Shown piece after piece: positions 1 through 8,994 of a DNA stretch of 64,000 nucleotides. Position numbers and translations under genes: made by a program. Where the stretch lies: the NCBI GenBank assembly GCA_035689325.1, contig DASSLQ010000194.1:499-64498 (forward strand). The letters run 5' to 3'. Under the pieces are notes generated by a model. It did not search any database. It was not told where the DNA came from and was given only the letters and a program-made list of their open reading frames with translations. Positions within the stretch are counted from its first letter, which is position 1. Each line of letters opens with the position of its first letter. The DNA is from Burkholderiales bacterium. GTDB taxonomy: Bacteria > Pseudomonadota > Gammaproteobacteria > Burkholderiales > SG8-39.

Positions 1-627
1 CTCCTTCACCTCGAAGCCGAGCTGCGGCAGCTGCTGCGCCAGCAGATTGGCCGTGCCCGTGCCGAAGAGCGATTCCTCGTGCACGATGATCACGCTTTTC
101 GCCGGCTTGCCCGCGAGATTGTTGAGCAGCACGAGGTCGTTCATCGCCGTGTCGGCGCATACCTTGTAGCCCGGGGCGAAGCGGAAGGTGTTCTTCAGGC
201 CGCGCTCGACGATCTGGTCCGCCACGCCGACGTCGACCACGTGCGGGATGTCGTACTTCGCCGCCGCCTGGGTCGTGGCGAGGCAGATCGCCGAGGCGTA
301 CGCGCCGACGATCGCCGAGACGCCTTGCTCGTTCATCTTCTCCACCTCGGCCGCGCCGACCTCGGGCTTCGATTGCGCGTCACCGAGCATCGCCTGGAGC
401 TGCGCGCCGTCGAGCGATTTGATGCCGCCCGCCTTGTTGATGTCGTCGATCGCCATCTGGGCGCCGAGCCGCGAGAGGTTGCCGGAATAGGCGAGAAACC
501 CAGTCACCGGGTGCAGCACGCCGATCTTGAGCGCGTTCGCCTGGCCGCGCGCGCCGATCGGCAACGCGGCGCTCGCGGCGAGCGCGGTAGTGTTGATGAG
601 GAATTGCCTACGATTGGTGTGGTTCAT
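1..627 (-). CDS. ABC transporter periplasmic substrate-binding protein, type-1 PBP (Leu/Ile/Val-binding family); the 3' end runs off the window
   Basis: Absent from the ORF track because the window edge cuts it. My reverse-complement read from ATG 627-625 gives MNHTNRRQFLINTTALAASAALPIGARGQANALKIGVLHPVTGFLAYSGN... It has a twin-arginine-like signal (NRRQFL) and GGAGCA 6 nt upstream of the ATG. Confidence 0.8.
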   Translation of the reverse strand, partial: MNHTNRRQFLINTTALAASAALPIGARGQANALKIGVLHPVTGFLAYSGNLSRLGAQMAIDDINKAGGIKSLDGAQLQAMLGDAQSKPEVGAAEVEKMNEQGVSAIVGAYASAICLATTQAAAKYDIPHVVDVGVADQIVERGLKNTFRFAPGYKVCADTAMNDLVLLNNLAGKPAKSVIIVHEESLFGTGTANLLAQQLPQLGFEVKE

Positions 628-683
628 CGTCTTGCTCCATGATGAGATGCAGTGATCTTATGCGGGCGGCCGTGTCCGGCGTC

Positions 684-1460
684 CTATCCCTGCTCAAGGA
701 ATTCGCGCAGCGCTTTTTCCGGCGGCTTCACGTAGTTCGAGCGCCGGCTGACCGCGAACATCCCGGCCTGCTCGCGCAGCCGCACCGCCAGCTCCGCGGT
801 CTTCGCCACCAGCGTCACGCCGTTCACGATCGGCGCGCCATCGATGTTCGCGCCGCGCTCAGAACCGAAAAGCATCATCGGCAGGCCGCCCGCGGGCACG
901 ATGACGTCGGCGCCGGCCTCGAGCAGGATGCGGCACTCGCGCTCCCATTTCGGCGCGAGCTTGCGCTTCGCGTCGTCGCTGGCGAAGGAGTCGATGAAGT
1001 CTTTGACCGTGGCTTGCACGGCGCGCACGCCGACCACGCGGCTTTGCAGCCCGTAGCGAATGACCTGGTCCTCGTGCCACGGAATGAACACCGGGTTGAT
1101 GGTGACGAGGCCGAGCTTGCGGCCCAAGGTCAAGGCGTGCATCAGCGTCGTCTCGCCGAGCCCGAGCACCGGGATATCGACGACCGATTTCACCTCCGCC
1201 AGCCCGGCGTCCTGAAAATGCGTGATCGCCATCGCTGCATAGCCCTGCCGCTCAGCCTCGACCGCGTTCTTGATCAGGTTGCGTCCGATCCGGTACTCGG
1301 TGATCGCATGCGTGGTCGTCGCCGGCGGCGTGGTGGTGTGGAAGGTGGCCGAGAAATCCGGATCGAGGATCGCCTTCAGGTGCGCTTCCACCTTGCTGAT
1401 GTAAGGCGCCATGTGGACGCGATCGGTCGCGCCCTGGAACCAGATCTTGTACTTGCTCAT
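684..1460 (-). CDS. Asp/Glu/hydantoin racemase-family protein
   Basis: This is the C-terminal 258 aa of ORF 684..1619. The real start is ATG 1460 (MSKYKIWFQGATDRVHMAPYISK...), in an ATGA overlap with the upstream gene's stop. The tracked N-terminal extension is Arg/Pro-rich GC noise. Confidence 0.8.
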   Translation of the reverse strand: MSKYKIWFQGATDRVHMAPYISKVEAHLKAILDPDFSATFHTTTPPATTTHAITEYRIGRNLIKNAVEAERQGYAAMAITHFQDAGLAEVKSVVDIPVLGLGETTLMHALTLGRKLGLVTINPVFIPWHEDQVIRYGLQSRVVGVRAVQATVKDFIDSFASDDAKRKLAPKWERECRILLEAGADVIVPAGGLPMMLFGSERGANIDGAPIVNGVTLVAKTAELAVRLREQAGMFAVSRRSNYVKPPEKALREFLEQG

Positions 1461-2239
1461 CGCGACTCCACGAGGGCGAGCACGCGCAGCGGGCTGCCGC
1501 TGCCGTTGCGGATCTTGAGCGGCGCGGCGACCACCACGGCGCCAGTCGGCGGCACATGGTCGAGGTTGCGCAGGCATTGCAGGCCGTAGCGGCCGGCGCC
1601 GTGCATATAGTAGTGGCAAGGGTAGGGCGGTCGCAGGTGGTACGCCTGCCCTGCGTCAGTGCCGATCGATTCGGTGCCGAAACCGAGGATGTCGCGCTCC
1701 TCCACAAGGAAGCGCACCGCGTCGGTGTCCGGTCCCGGCGTGTGCTGTCCCGTCTCGTCGTAATTCTGGTAGGCGGCGGCGTCACCGCTCTTCTTCGACC
1801 AGTCGGTGCGCATCAGCACCCATGAGCGCGGCGCGATGCGGCCGTGCTGCTTCTCCCACTTGACGATGAACTCCTTGGTCAGCAGGAAGTCCGCATCCGC
1901 TGCCGCTGGCTTGCTGCAGTCGAGGACGAACGCCGGCCCGATGAAGCGCTCCGGCGGAATGCTGTCCACGGCGTTGTTGGGCAGGTCCTTGCCCGAGACC
2001 CAGTGGATCGGGGCATCGAAGTGCGTGCCGGTGTGCTCGCCGCAGGAAAAGTTGTTCCAGTACCAGGCCGGGCCGCGCTCGTCGTAGTGCGAGACCTCCT
2101 CGATGCGGAACGGCCACGCCTGACCCATCTCCGGCGGCAGCGAGATGTGCGGAAACTCGGGCGACAGCGTCTCGGTGAGATCGATCACCTTTATCTTGCC
2201 TCCCGCAAGGCCCTTCGCGAGTTCTGCAAGCACGGTCAC
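1457..2239 (-). CDS. Putative cyclase / kynurenine-formamidase-like metal hydrolase
   Basis: This is the C-terminal 260 aa of ORF 1457..2869. It has the motif GEHTGTHFDAPIHW (HxGTHxDxPxH). The GTG start at 2239 overlaps the upstream stop (GTGA). Confidence 0.8.
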   Translation of the reverse strand: MTVLAELAKGLAGGKIKVIDLTETLSPEFPHISLPPEMGQAWPFRIEEVSHYDERGPAWYWNNFSCGEHTGTHFDAPIHWVSGKDLPNNAVDSIPPERFIGPAFVLDCSKPAAADADFLLTKEFIVKWEKQHGRIAPRSWVLMRTDWSKKSGDAAAYQNYDETGQHTPGPDTDAVRFLVEERDILGFGTESIGTDAGQAYHLRPPYPCHYYMHGAGRYGLQCLRNLDHVPPTGAVVVAAPLKIRNGSGSPLRVLALVESR

Positions 2240-3468
2240 GTCGAAAGTTCCTTCTCCAGCGCCTTGGGATTGTCGCGCCAACGGGCAAGCCATTCCTGCG
2301 CGACATCGCCGGGATACACGTCCTCCACGCCTTCCTGGAGCGCCTTGACGATGGCATTGGCGAGCGCCGCGGGCGTGATCTTCGGCGGCGGCAGCAACTG
2401 GTTCCACTCGTCGTCGATCGGCCCCGGGAAGACGTTGATTACCCGCACGCCCGCCGGGCGCATCTCGGCGCGCAGGCACTGGGCGAGCGAGTGCGCCGCC
2501 GCCTTGGAAGCCGAAAACGTGCCGTGCGGCGGGAAGTTGGCGAGCGCATAGATCGACAGCAGGTTGACCCAGGCCGTGGCGCTCGCCACTCCATCGGCGC
2601 CGCGCGAGCGCATGGCAGGGCCGAATTCCTGCGCAAGGCGCAGCAGCCCGAAGTAGTTGACGTCCATCTCCGCGCGCGCGGCGTCGACGCCCGGCCGGTT
2701 GCTGATGCCGTAGCCGCGATGGTATTCGGCGTTGTTCACGAGGATGTCCACCTTGCCGCCGATCTCGGCGGCCACTTCGCGGACGTTCTTCGAATCCGTG
2801 ACATCGAGCGGCAGCAGCGTGACCTGTGGGATCTTCTTGAGGTCGTCGAAGCCGGCGAACTTCTTCCACGGCTCGGCGTACCCGACCCAGATGAGCTCGG
2901 CGCCGGCGGCGGCGAGCGCCTTGACGATCGCCTGCCCGAGTCCCGTCTTGCCGTCGGTGACGAGCACCTTGCGGAATTTGGGATCACTGGTGAACTCGCG
3001 CAGTTGCCGGTCTTCGGCCATGTTCGCCTCCTTGTCGGGCAGCGCCACGAGCACTGCCTGGCCGGCGCGATCGAGCTTGGCGGCCACGATCACGCGGCTT
3101 GGTGCCGCTCCCACCCGTTCATGCAAATGAGCGACCACCGTCGGCCCGCAGTCGAGCTTTACGAGCCCGAGTCGCCATGGCAGCCGCTCGCGGAAGAAAA
3201 GATCGTTGCTATGGTGCAGTACCGTCGCAGCGAGCAACTCGCCTTCCTCTGGCTGCGGCTTCCAGTCTAGGCGGATCGACAGGCATTTCTGGCACGCCTC
3301 GCGCGGCGGGTACTGCACGGTGCCGCAGTCCCGGCACTGCTGGAGCTCAAACCGGCCGAGCGCGGCGGCCGCGGTAAGGCCGAGCGCGACGCGGCTGCGC
3401 GCCGCGGGCGGCAGCGTCGGCAGCCGCGTGCGCAGCACAGGGTTCTTGCGCTTGGGGCGCTCTAACAT
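2236..3468 (-). CDS. DUF35 (Zn-ribbon + OB-fold, acyl-CoA-associated) fused to an SDR-like Rossmann domain
   Basis: The N-terminus has CRDCGTVQYPPREACQKC (a CxxC...CxxC ribbon) followed by an OB-fold-like stretch. The C-terminus has KVLVTDGKTGLGQAIV, LVNNAE and FSASK, with Phe where the SDR YxxxK tyrosine is expected. Confidence 0.8.
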   Translation of the reverse strand: MLERPKRKNPVLRTRLPTLPPAARSRVALGLTAAAALGRFELQQCRDCGTVQYPPREACQKCLSIRLDWKPQPEEGELLAATVLHHSNDLFFRERLPWRLGLVKLDCGPTVVAHLHERVGAAPSRVIVAAKLDRAGQAVLVALPDKEANMAEDRQLREFTSDPKFRKVLVTDGKTGLGQAIVKALAAAGAELIWVGYAEPWKKFAGFDDLKKIPQVTLLPLDVTDSKNVREVAAEIGGKVDILVNNAEYHRGYGISNRPGVDAARAEMDVNYFGLLRLAQEFGPAMRSRGADGVASATAWVNLLSIYALANFPPHGTFSASKAAAHSLAQCLRAEMRPAGVRVINVFPGPIDDEWNQLLPPPKITPAALANAIVKALQEGVEDVYPGDVAQEWLARWRDNPKALEKELST

Positions 3469-4625
3469 CCAAGAATTGCGGCGGCGGAGCCGAGGCCGCG
3501 ATCGAAGTTGACCATGCCGAACCCGCTCACCAGCCCGAGTCTCGCATCCTTCACTTGCCGCGTTGCGGCCGCGCCGGTGAGTTGGCGTAGCGCTTCCACG
3601 AGTCCGAGCGAGCCCCCGGCGGCGCCGGCCTGGCCCACCGAGAGCTGGCCGCCCGACGTATTGAGGGGGAAGGAGCCGTCCCAGGTGAAGCTATGGCTGC
3701 GGATGAAAGCTGGCGCTTCGCCCTTTGCGCAGAAGCCGAGATCCTCGAGCTGCATGACGCTGATCACCGGATAGTCGTCGTAGGTCTGCACCAAGTCCAT
3801 CTCTTGCGGTCCCGCGCCCGCCTGCTCATAGAGATTCGAGCGATCGAGCGCCCAGCCGGCGCGCATTTGCACCGGATCGGTGGCGAATGCATTGTGCCGC
3901 TCGATAGTGCCGAGCAGCCGCGCATAGCGCAGGCCGAGGCGCTTGGCGTGCTCTTCGGCGAGCACGAGGAAGCCGTCGGCGCCCGCGCAAGGCATGACGC
4001 AGTCGAAGAGATGCAGCGGCTCGGCGATCGGCCGGGCAGCGAGGTATTCATCGAGCGTGAGGGGCTTCTTGAACAGCGCATGCGGAAACTTCAGCGCATT
4101 CGTGCGCTGCGCGACGCAGAGCTTGCCGAAATCCTCCCGCTGCGCGCCATAAGTGCGCATGTAGTAGGCGGTGAGGAAAGCGAAGCTCGCATTGGGGCCC
4201 CCAGCGCCGTATGGATATACCGCGTCGCGCGCGAACTGGCTGAAGTTGGCGAGCGTCAGTCGAAACGAGTCGACATGGTTCGTATCGCCGGCGATGCAAG
4301 CCACCACATCGGCATCGCCGCTCTGCACCGCGCGCGCCGCTCGGCGCAGTTGCACCACGCCGCTCGCACCGCCGAAGGGCACGTGATCGAGCCAGCGCGG
4401 CGAAAGACCGAGATGCTGCGTGAGGCCGATCGCCGTGTCCGGGGCGAGCGTAAAGCTCGAGACCGAGAAGCCGTCGATGTCGTCCTTGCGCAGGCCGGAG
4501 CCTTTGAGGAGCTCGGCGAGGCAGCGCGCGAGCCACCAGTGCGCGGCGCGAATCGAGTAGCGCACGTAAGGAACGGTCACCGGCACCGCCACCGCGACAC
4601 CTTCGTAGCTGCGGCGGTTCGTCAT
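3462..4625 (-). CDS. Thiolase-like protein, SCP-x / Ltp type; probably not a thiolase
   Basis: The 387-aa ORF has an SCP-x-type C-terminal signature, NTSGGQLSVGQAGAAGG. The expected nucleophile site xCASG reads FGGASG, and GHP reads GQA. Confidence 0.8.
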   Translation of the reverse strand: MTNRRSYEGVAVAVPVTVPYVRYSIRAAHWWLARCLAELLKGSGLRKDDIDGFSVSSFTLAPDTAIGLTQHLGLSPRWLDHVPFGGASGVVQLRRAARAVQSGDADVVACIAGDTNHVDSFRLTLANFSQFARDAVYPYGAGGPNASFAFLTAYYMRTYGAQREDFGKLCVAQRTNALKFPHALFKKPLTLDEYLAARPIAEPLHLFDCVMPCAGADGFLVLAEEHAKRLGLRYARLLGTIERHNAFATDPVQMRAGWALDRSNLYEQAGAGPQEMDLVQTYDDYPVISVMQLEDLGFCAKGEAPAFIRSHSFTWDGSFPLNTSGGQLSVGQAGAAGGSLGLVEALRQLTGAAATRQVKDARLGLVSGFGMVNFDRGLGSAAAILGC

Positions 4626-6088
4626 TTGCGGCGCTTGCGCTCGCGCAGATCGAACGATTGGCTCGGGTCGAGCGCGAAGTCGGCAAGCTTTGCCTTTTGC
4701 ACCTTATTGGTGGAGGTGACCGGCAGCGCGGCGAGGAAAGCGACGTGCCCCGGCGCCTTGAAGTAGGCGAGCCGCTCGAAGCACCAATCCTGGATGGAGA
4801 GCGCGGTGTCGCGCTCCGGGCGCGTGCCCGCGTCAAGCACGACGCAGGCCATGACTTCCTCATCGCGCACCGCATCGGGCACCGCGATCACGGCGACCTG
4901 CGCCACGGCCGGATGCCCGGCGAGTGCAGCTTCCACTTCGAGCGCGGCGATGTTCTCGCCGGCGCGGCGAATGATGTTCTTCAGCCGGTCGACGAAATGC
5001 AGTTGCCCGTCGGCGCCACGGCGCACGGCGTCGCCGGTGTGGAACCAGCCGTCGCGCCAGGCATGCTCGGTCGCCGCTTCGTCCTTGAGGTAGCCGGAGA
5101 AGAAGCCGCGCCGCGGATCCGGCCCGGCCTGGCGCACCAGCAGTTCGCCGGAATCCGCAAGCTCGATCTGGAGGTCGTCCGCCGGTTTGCCAATGCATCG
5201 CGTGCCGACATGGCGCGGCTCGCGGCTCGCCGCCGTCATCGCGCCGCCGCCGGTCTCGGTCATCGCCCAGGCTTCGATGAGCGGGAAGCCGAAGCGCTCC
5301 TCGAACGCGGCGTGGTCGTTGGGATTCGCGTTCGCGCCGTAGCCGAAGCGCACGCGATGGCTGCGATCGTAAGGCCCGGGTTGGAGCTGCATCAGCACGG
5401 CCGGCATGACGCCGAGATAGTGCACGATGGTCGCACCGGAGTCGGCAACTTCGCGCCACCATGTCTTCGGATGGAAGCGGTCGAGCTGCACGACGCAGCC
5501 GGCACTCAGGATCATCGCCATGGTCGAGCAGGCGAGCGCGTTCATGTGGAAAAGCGGCAGCGGCGTGATGAGACGCTCTTCGCCTTCGCGCAACGTGCAA
5601 AGGCCGCCTTCGGCGAGGTAACGCCGGCCGATATTCAGGAAATAGAAATCCGAGAGCCGGCAGCCTTTCGGCTTGCCGGTCGTGCCCGACGTATAGAGGA
5701 GCGCGCACTCATCAGCGTTGCCGGGCGCCGATGGGTGCGGCGGATCGAAGCGCGCGAGCGCTGCCGCGTCGACGACGAGCGCCGCTTCGCTGTGCGCAAC
5801 GACGTACTCGAGCTCCGTGCGCTGGTAGTCCGGATTCACCGGCACTGCCGAGATGCCGAGCGAATTGAGCGCCAGGAAATGCAGCAGGAAATCGGCGCAG
5901 TTCGTCAGCCTCAGCGCGACGCGATGCCCCTGCCGGTAGCCGCGCCGCGCGTAGATCTGTGCGATGCGCGCGACGCGCTCGTGCGTTTTGGAGTACGTGA
6001 GCTCGAGCTTCTCGGGCGGGACCTTAAGGAAGAGCTTCTCGCCGTGCGCGCGGGCGGTTTGCTCGAACGCCGTGAAGACCGTCGTCAC
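4622..6088 (-). CDS. AMP-dependent acyl-CoA synthetase/ligase
   Basis: This is the C-terminal 488 aa of ORF 4622..7003, with motifs LLYTSGTTGKPKG and GWFHTGD. The start is taken as GTG 6088 (VTTVFTAFEQ...); the upstream part of the tracked ORF is antisense to dctP. The start position is uncertain. Confidence 0.85.
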   Translation of the reverse strand: MTTVFTAFEQTARAHGEKLFLKVPPEKLELTYSKTHERVARIAQIYARRGYRQGHRVALRLTNCADFLLHFLALNSLGISAVPVNPDYQRTELEYVVAHSEAALVVDAAALARFDPPHPSAPGNADECALLYTSGTTGKPKGCRLSDFYFLNIGRRYLAEGGLCTLREGEERLITPLPLFHMNALACSTMAMILSAGCVVQLDRFHPKTWWREVADSGATIVHYLGVMPAVLMQLQPGPYDRSHRVRFGYGANANPNDHAAFEERFGFPLIEAWAMTETGGGAMTAASREPRHVGTRCIGKPADDLQIELADSGELLVRQAGPDPRRGFFSGYLKDEAATEHAWRDGWFHTGDAVRRGADGQLHFVDRLKNIIRRAGENIAALEVEAALAGHPAVAQVAVIAVPDAVRDEEVMACVVLDAGTRPERDTALSIQDWCFERLAYFKAPGHVAFLAALPVTSTNKVQKAKLADFALDPSQSFDLRERKRRK

Positions 6089-6139
6089 CGGACCAGATGG
6101 TAAGATGCCGCGCGCTTGGCAGACAACGGGAGGAGGAGC

Positions 6140-7147
6140 ATGAAAGCCATCCGCTGCACGATGGCGGCGATCGGCCTTGTCGCCTCGGCGGCTGCGCTCG
6201 GCGCCGACACCATCAGCGCGACGCACGTGTTTCCGGCGTCGCTCATCTATTCGAGGAGCTTCCTCGAGTTCGTCAAGAAGGCCAACGAGGCGGGCAAAGG
6301 CGAGTTCGCCATCCAGGTGCGCGGCGGGCCGGAAGCGATCGGCATGATGGAGCAGCCCGGCGCCGTGCGTAGCGGCGTGGTCGACATGGTGTACACGCCG
6401 TGCGCCTTCTATGCGGCGCAGGTGCCGGAGTGCGACGCGGTCTCGGCCTCGACCATCGACGGTCCGACGGCGCGCAAGAACGGCGGCATGGAGCTCCTCA
6501 ACCAGATCCACCAGAAGCGTATCGGCGTCTACAACCTGGGTTGGGTCGATAGCGGCATCCGCTTCAACCTCTGGTCGACCAAGGAGCCGAAGCTCGACTC
6601 GAGCGGGCACATCGACATCAAGGGCTTCAAGGTGCGCGGCAACCCGATCTACAACGCGTTCCTCACCAACTACCTCGGCGCGCAGGTGATCAACCTGCCC
6701 TCCACCGAGCTCTATACCGCGCTCGAGCGCGGCACGATCGACCTCACCGCGTGGACGCAGATCGGCGTGATGGACCTGAACTGGGACCGCTATCTCAAGT
6801 ACCGCATCCTGCCGGACTTCTTTTCCACGGACCTGCACGTGCTCGTGAATCTGAAGAAATGGCAGTCGCTCTCGCCGAAGACGCGCGAGATCCTGCAGCG
6901 CGTGGCGATCGAGCACGAAGCATCGAGCGAGAAGGCCCTGCAGAAGCTCTGGAGCGAGGAGCAGGCTGAGCTCAAGAAGCGCGGCATCAAGACCGTGTCG
7001 CAATCGCCCGAGGCCTCGAAGCGCTTCGTCGAGGGCGCGCGCGCGGCGAGCCTCGCCCGCATGAAGGAACGCATGGAGAAGGCGGGCGGCATGGAGAACT
7101 TCGAGAAGATCGTGCAGCTCTTTACGCCGGGACCGCTGCCCAAATAA
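6140..7147 (+). CDS. dctP: TRAP transporter substrate-binding subunit (DctP family)
   Basis: GGAGGAGGAG precedes ATG 6140. The product begins MKAIRCTMAAIGLVASAAALGA, a signal peptide, and shows DctP-like sequence throughout. Confidence 0.85.
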   Translation: MKAIRCTMAAIGLVASAAALGADTISATHVFPASLIYSRSFLEFVKKANEAGKGEFAIQVRGGPEAIGMMEQPGAVRSGVVDMVYTPCAFYAAQVPECDAVSASTIDGPTARKNGGMELLNQIHQKRIGVYNLGWVDSGIRFNLWSTKEPKLDSSGHIDIKGFKVRGNPIYNAFLTNYLGAQVINLPSTELYTALERGTIDLTAWTQIGVMDLNWDRYLKYRILPDFFSTDLHVLVNLKKWQSLSPKTREILQRVAIEHEASSEKALQKLWSEEQAELKKRGIKTVSQSPEASKRFVEGARAASLARMKERMEKAGGMENFEKIVQLFTPGPLPK

Positions 7148-7176
7148 AGAAGCTCGTCTTCCGCGCCTACGACGCC

Positions 7177-7656
7177 GTGCTCTACGGCATGGCGTGGTTC
7201 GCCGCGTTCCTGATCGCGGCGATGATGGTGGTGATCACGCTCGACGTGGTAGTGCGCAACCTCGGCTACCAGAGCTCGGCGCACTTCTTCACCTTCACCG
7301 AGTACGCGCTCCTCATCGTGCCCTGCCTCGGCGCTCCCTGGCTGGTGCGCGAGAAGGGCCACATATACGTCGAGCTCGTGCTGATGCATCTCAAGCCGCG
7401 CCCGCGGCGCTGGCTGCTGCGCTTCATCGGCATCGCCTGCATCGCCGTGTGCCTCACCGTCGCCTGGTACGGCTTCGGCGTCACCATCTCGGACTACCTG
7501 GGCGCGGAGCGTGACGTGCGCTCGTTCGACATGCCGCGCTGGCTCGTGGTCGGCTGGATCCCGCTGTCTTTCCTCATGATGGCGATCGAGTTCGCACGCT
7601 TCCTGTGGCGCGGCGAGGATTTCCTCGCCTCGTTCGCGGAGCAGCTGGGCGCGTAG
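7177..7656 (+). CDS. dctQ: TRAP transporter small permease (DctQ family)
   Basis: A 159-aa, four-helix hydrophobic protein lying between dctP and dctM. Confidence 0.8.
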   Translation: MLYGMAWFAAFLIAAMMVVITLDVVVRNLGYQSSAHFFTFTEYALLIVPCLGAPWLVREKGHIYVELVLMHLKPRPRRWLLRFIGIACIAVCLTVAWYGFGVTISDYLGAERDVRSFDMPRWLVVGWIPLSFLMMAIEFARFLWRGEDFLASFAEQLGA

Positions 7657-7659
7657 CCG

Positions 7660-8979
7660 ATGGCGCTCGCCTGGTACTGGGTGGCGTTGATCCTGTTCGG
7701 CTCGGCGCTCGGCCTGATGATGCTCGGCATCCCGGTCGCCGTGGGCTTCTTCATCACCAACGTGCTCGCCGCGGTGCTTTTCATGGGCGGCGGCATCGGC
7801 ATCCAGCAGATCATCAACAACGGCTTCGGCGCGATGACCAACTTCGCTCTGGTGCCGATCCCGATGTTCCTCTTCATGGGCGAGCTCTTCTATCACACGG
7901 GCCTCGCCACGCGCTGCTTCAACGCCGCGGACAAGCTCCTCGGCAACATCCGCGGGCGGCTCGCGTACGTGACGCTGATCGGCGGCACGGCGTACGCGGG
8001 ACCGGCCGGCTCGTCCATGGGTGCCTGCGCGCTGCTCGGGCGCCTCATGGTTCCCGAGATGATGAAGCGCGGTTACAGCAAATACCTGTCGCTCGGGCCG
8101 ATCATGGGCGTGGGTGGCCTCGCCGTCATCATTCCGCCGTCGGCGCTCACTGTCCTGCTCGCGACGCTCGGCCGCACCGACGTGGGCGATCTGCTGGTCG
8201 CCGGGGTCATCCCGGGGTTTGTGCTGGCGGCGATGTACGGCGTGCTGATCTGACTATGGACGGTGATCGATCCATCGGCGGCGCCGGTGTACGACGCCGG
8301 CCACGTGAGCCGCCGTGAGAAGCTGCGGCTCTTCATCGTCGACGTCGTGCCGATGATCGTGATCATTGTCTTCTCGGTGCTCATCATGGTCACCGGCTGG
8401 TCGACGCCGACCGAGGCGGCGGCGCTGGGCGCGGTATCGGTGATCGTTTGCGCCACGCTCTACGGCGAGATGACGTGGAAAGCGTTCGTCAGGTCGCTCG
8501 ACGGCACGCTGCGCGTGACGGTGATGGCCTTTCTCGTCATCCTGGGGTCCGCGACCTTCGCGCAGGTGCTCGCTTTCACCGGCGCCTCCACCGGCCTGAT
8601 GAACTGGGCGATCGGCTTCAATGTCACCCCGATTGGCATGGTGCTGATCATGATCGGCGTCATCATCTTTCTCGGCAGCTTCATGGACCCGCTGTCGAAG
8701 ATGCTGCTCACAGCGCCGATCTTCTTTCCGCTCGCGAAGACGCTCGGCTTCGACCTCACCTGGTTTGGCCTCATCATGCTGCTTGCGCTGGAAGTCGGCT
8801 ACACCACGCCGCCCTTCGGCTTGCTGCTCTTCGTCATGAAAGGCGTCTCGCCGCCCGGCACCAGCATGAAGGACATCTACCTTGCCGGCATGCCGTTCAT
8901 CGCCTGCGTTTTCTTGCTCATCGGCATGGTGCTTGTTTTTCCGCCGCTCGCCACGTGGCTGCCGCGGATCAGTCATTGA
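7660..8979 (+). pseudogene. dctM: TRAP transporter large permease (DctM) interrupted by an in-frame TGA at 8251-8253
   Basis: ORFs 7660..8253 (197 aa) and 8263..8979 (238 aa) are in the same frame. Together they make a normal ~435-aa DctM. The junction reads ...AAMYGVLI-TGA-LWTVIDPSAAP... Confidence 0.8.
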
Positions 8980-8994
8980 ACGGAGGAGGAGGAA

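Noticed and set aside
4622-7003. The long N-terminal extensions of tracked ORFs, such as 4622..7003, 1457..2869, 9567..11132, 11778..13514, 12530..14473, 14655..17204, 28207..29769, 50485..51957, 53302..54747, 54099..55787, 61414..62610 and 62175..63791
   Set aside because: In each case only the C-terminal part has protein-like sequence. The extension overlaps the preceding real gene in another frame. An internal start that forms a 1-8 nt overlap with the upstream stop gives a protein of normal family length.
8251-8253. The TGA in dctM read as selenocysteine or as a reassigned Trp codon
   Set aside because: TGA is used as an ordinary stop by many genes in this window (for example pilH, pilI, chpA and tctA). 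I see no stable hairpin immediately downstream that would serve as a bacterial SECIS. The position is inside a transmembrane helix, where Sec makes no sense. A point mutation or a base-call error is the simpler explanation.
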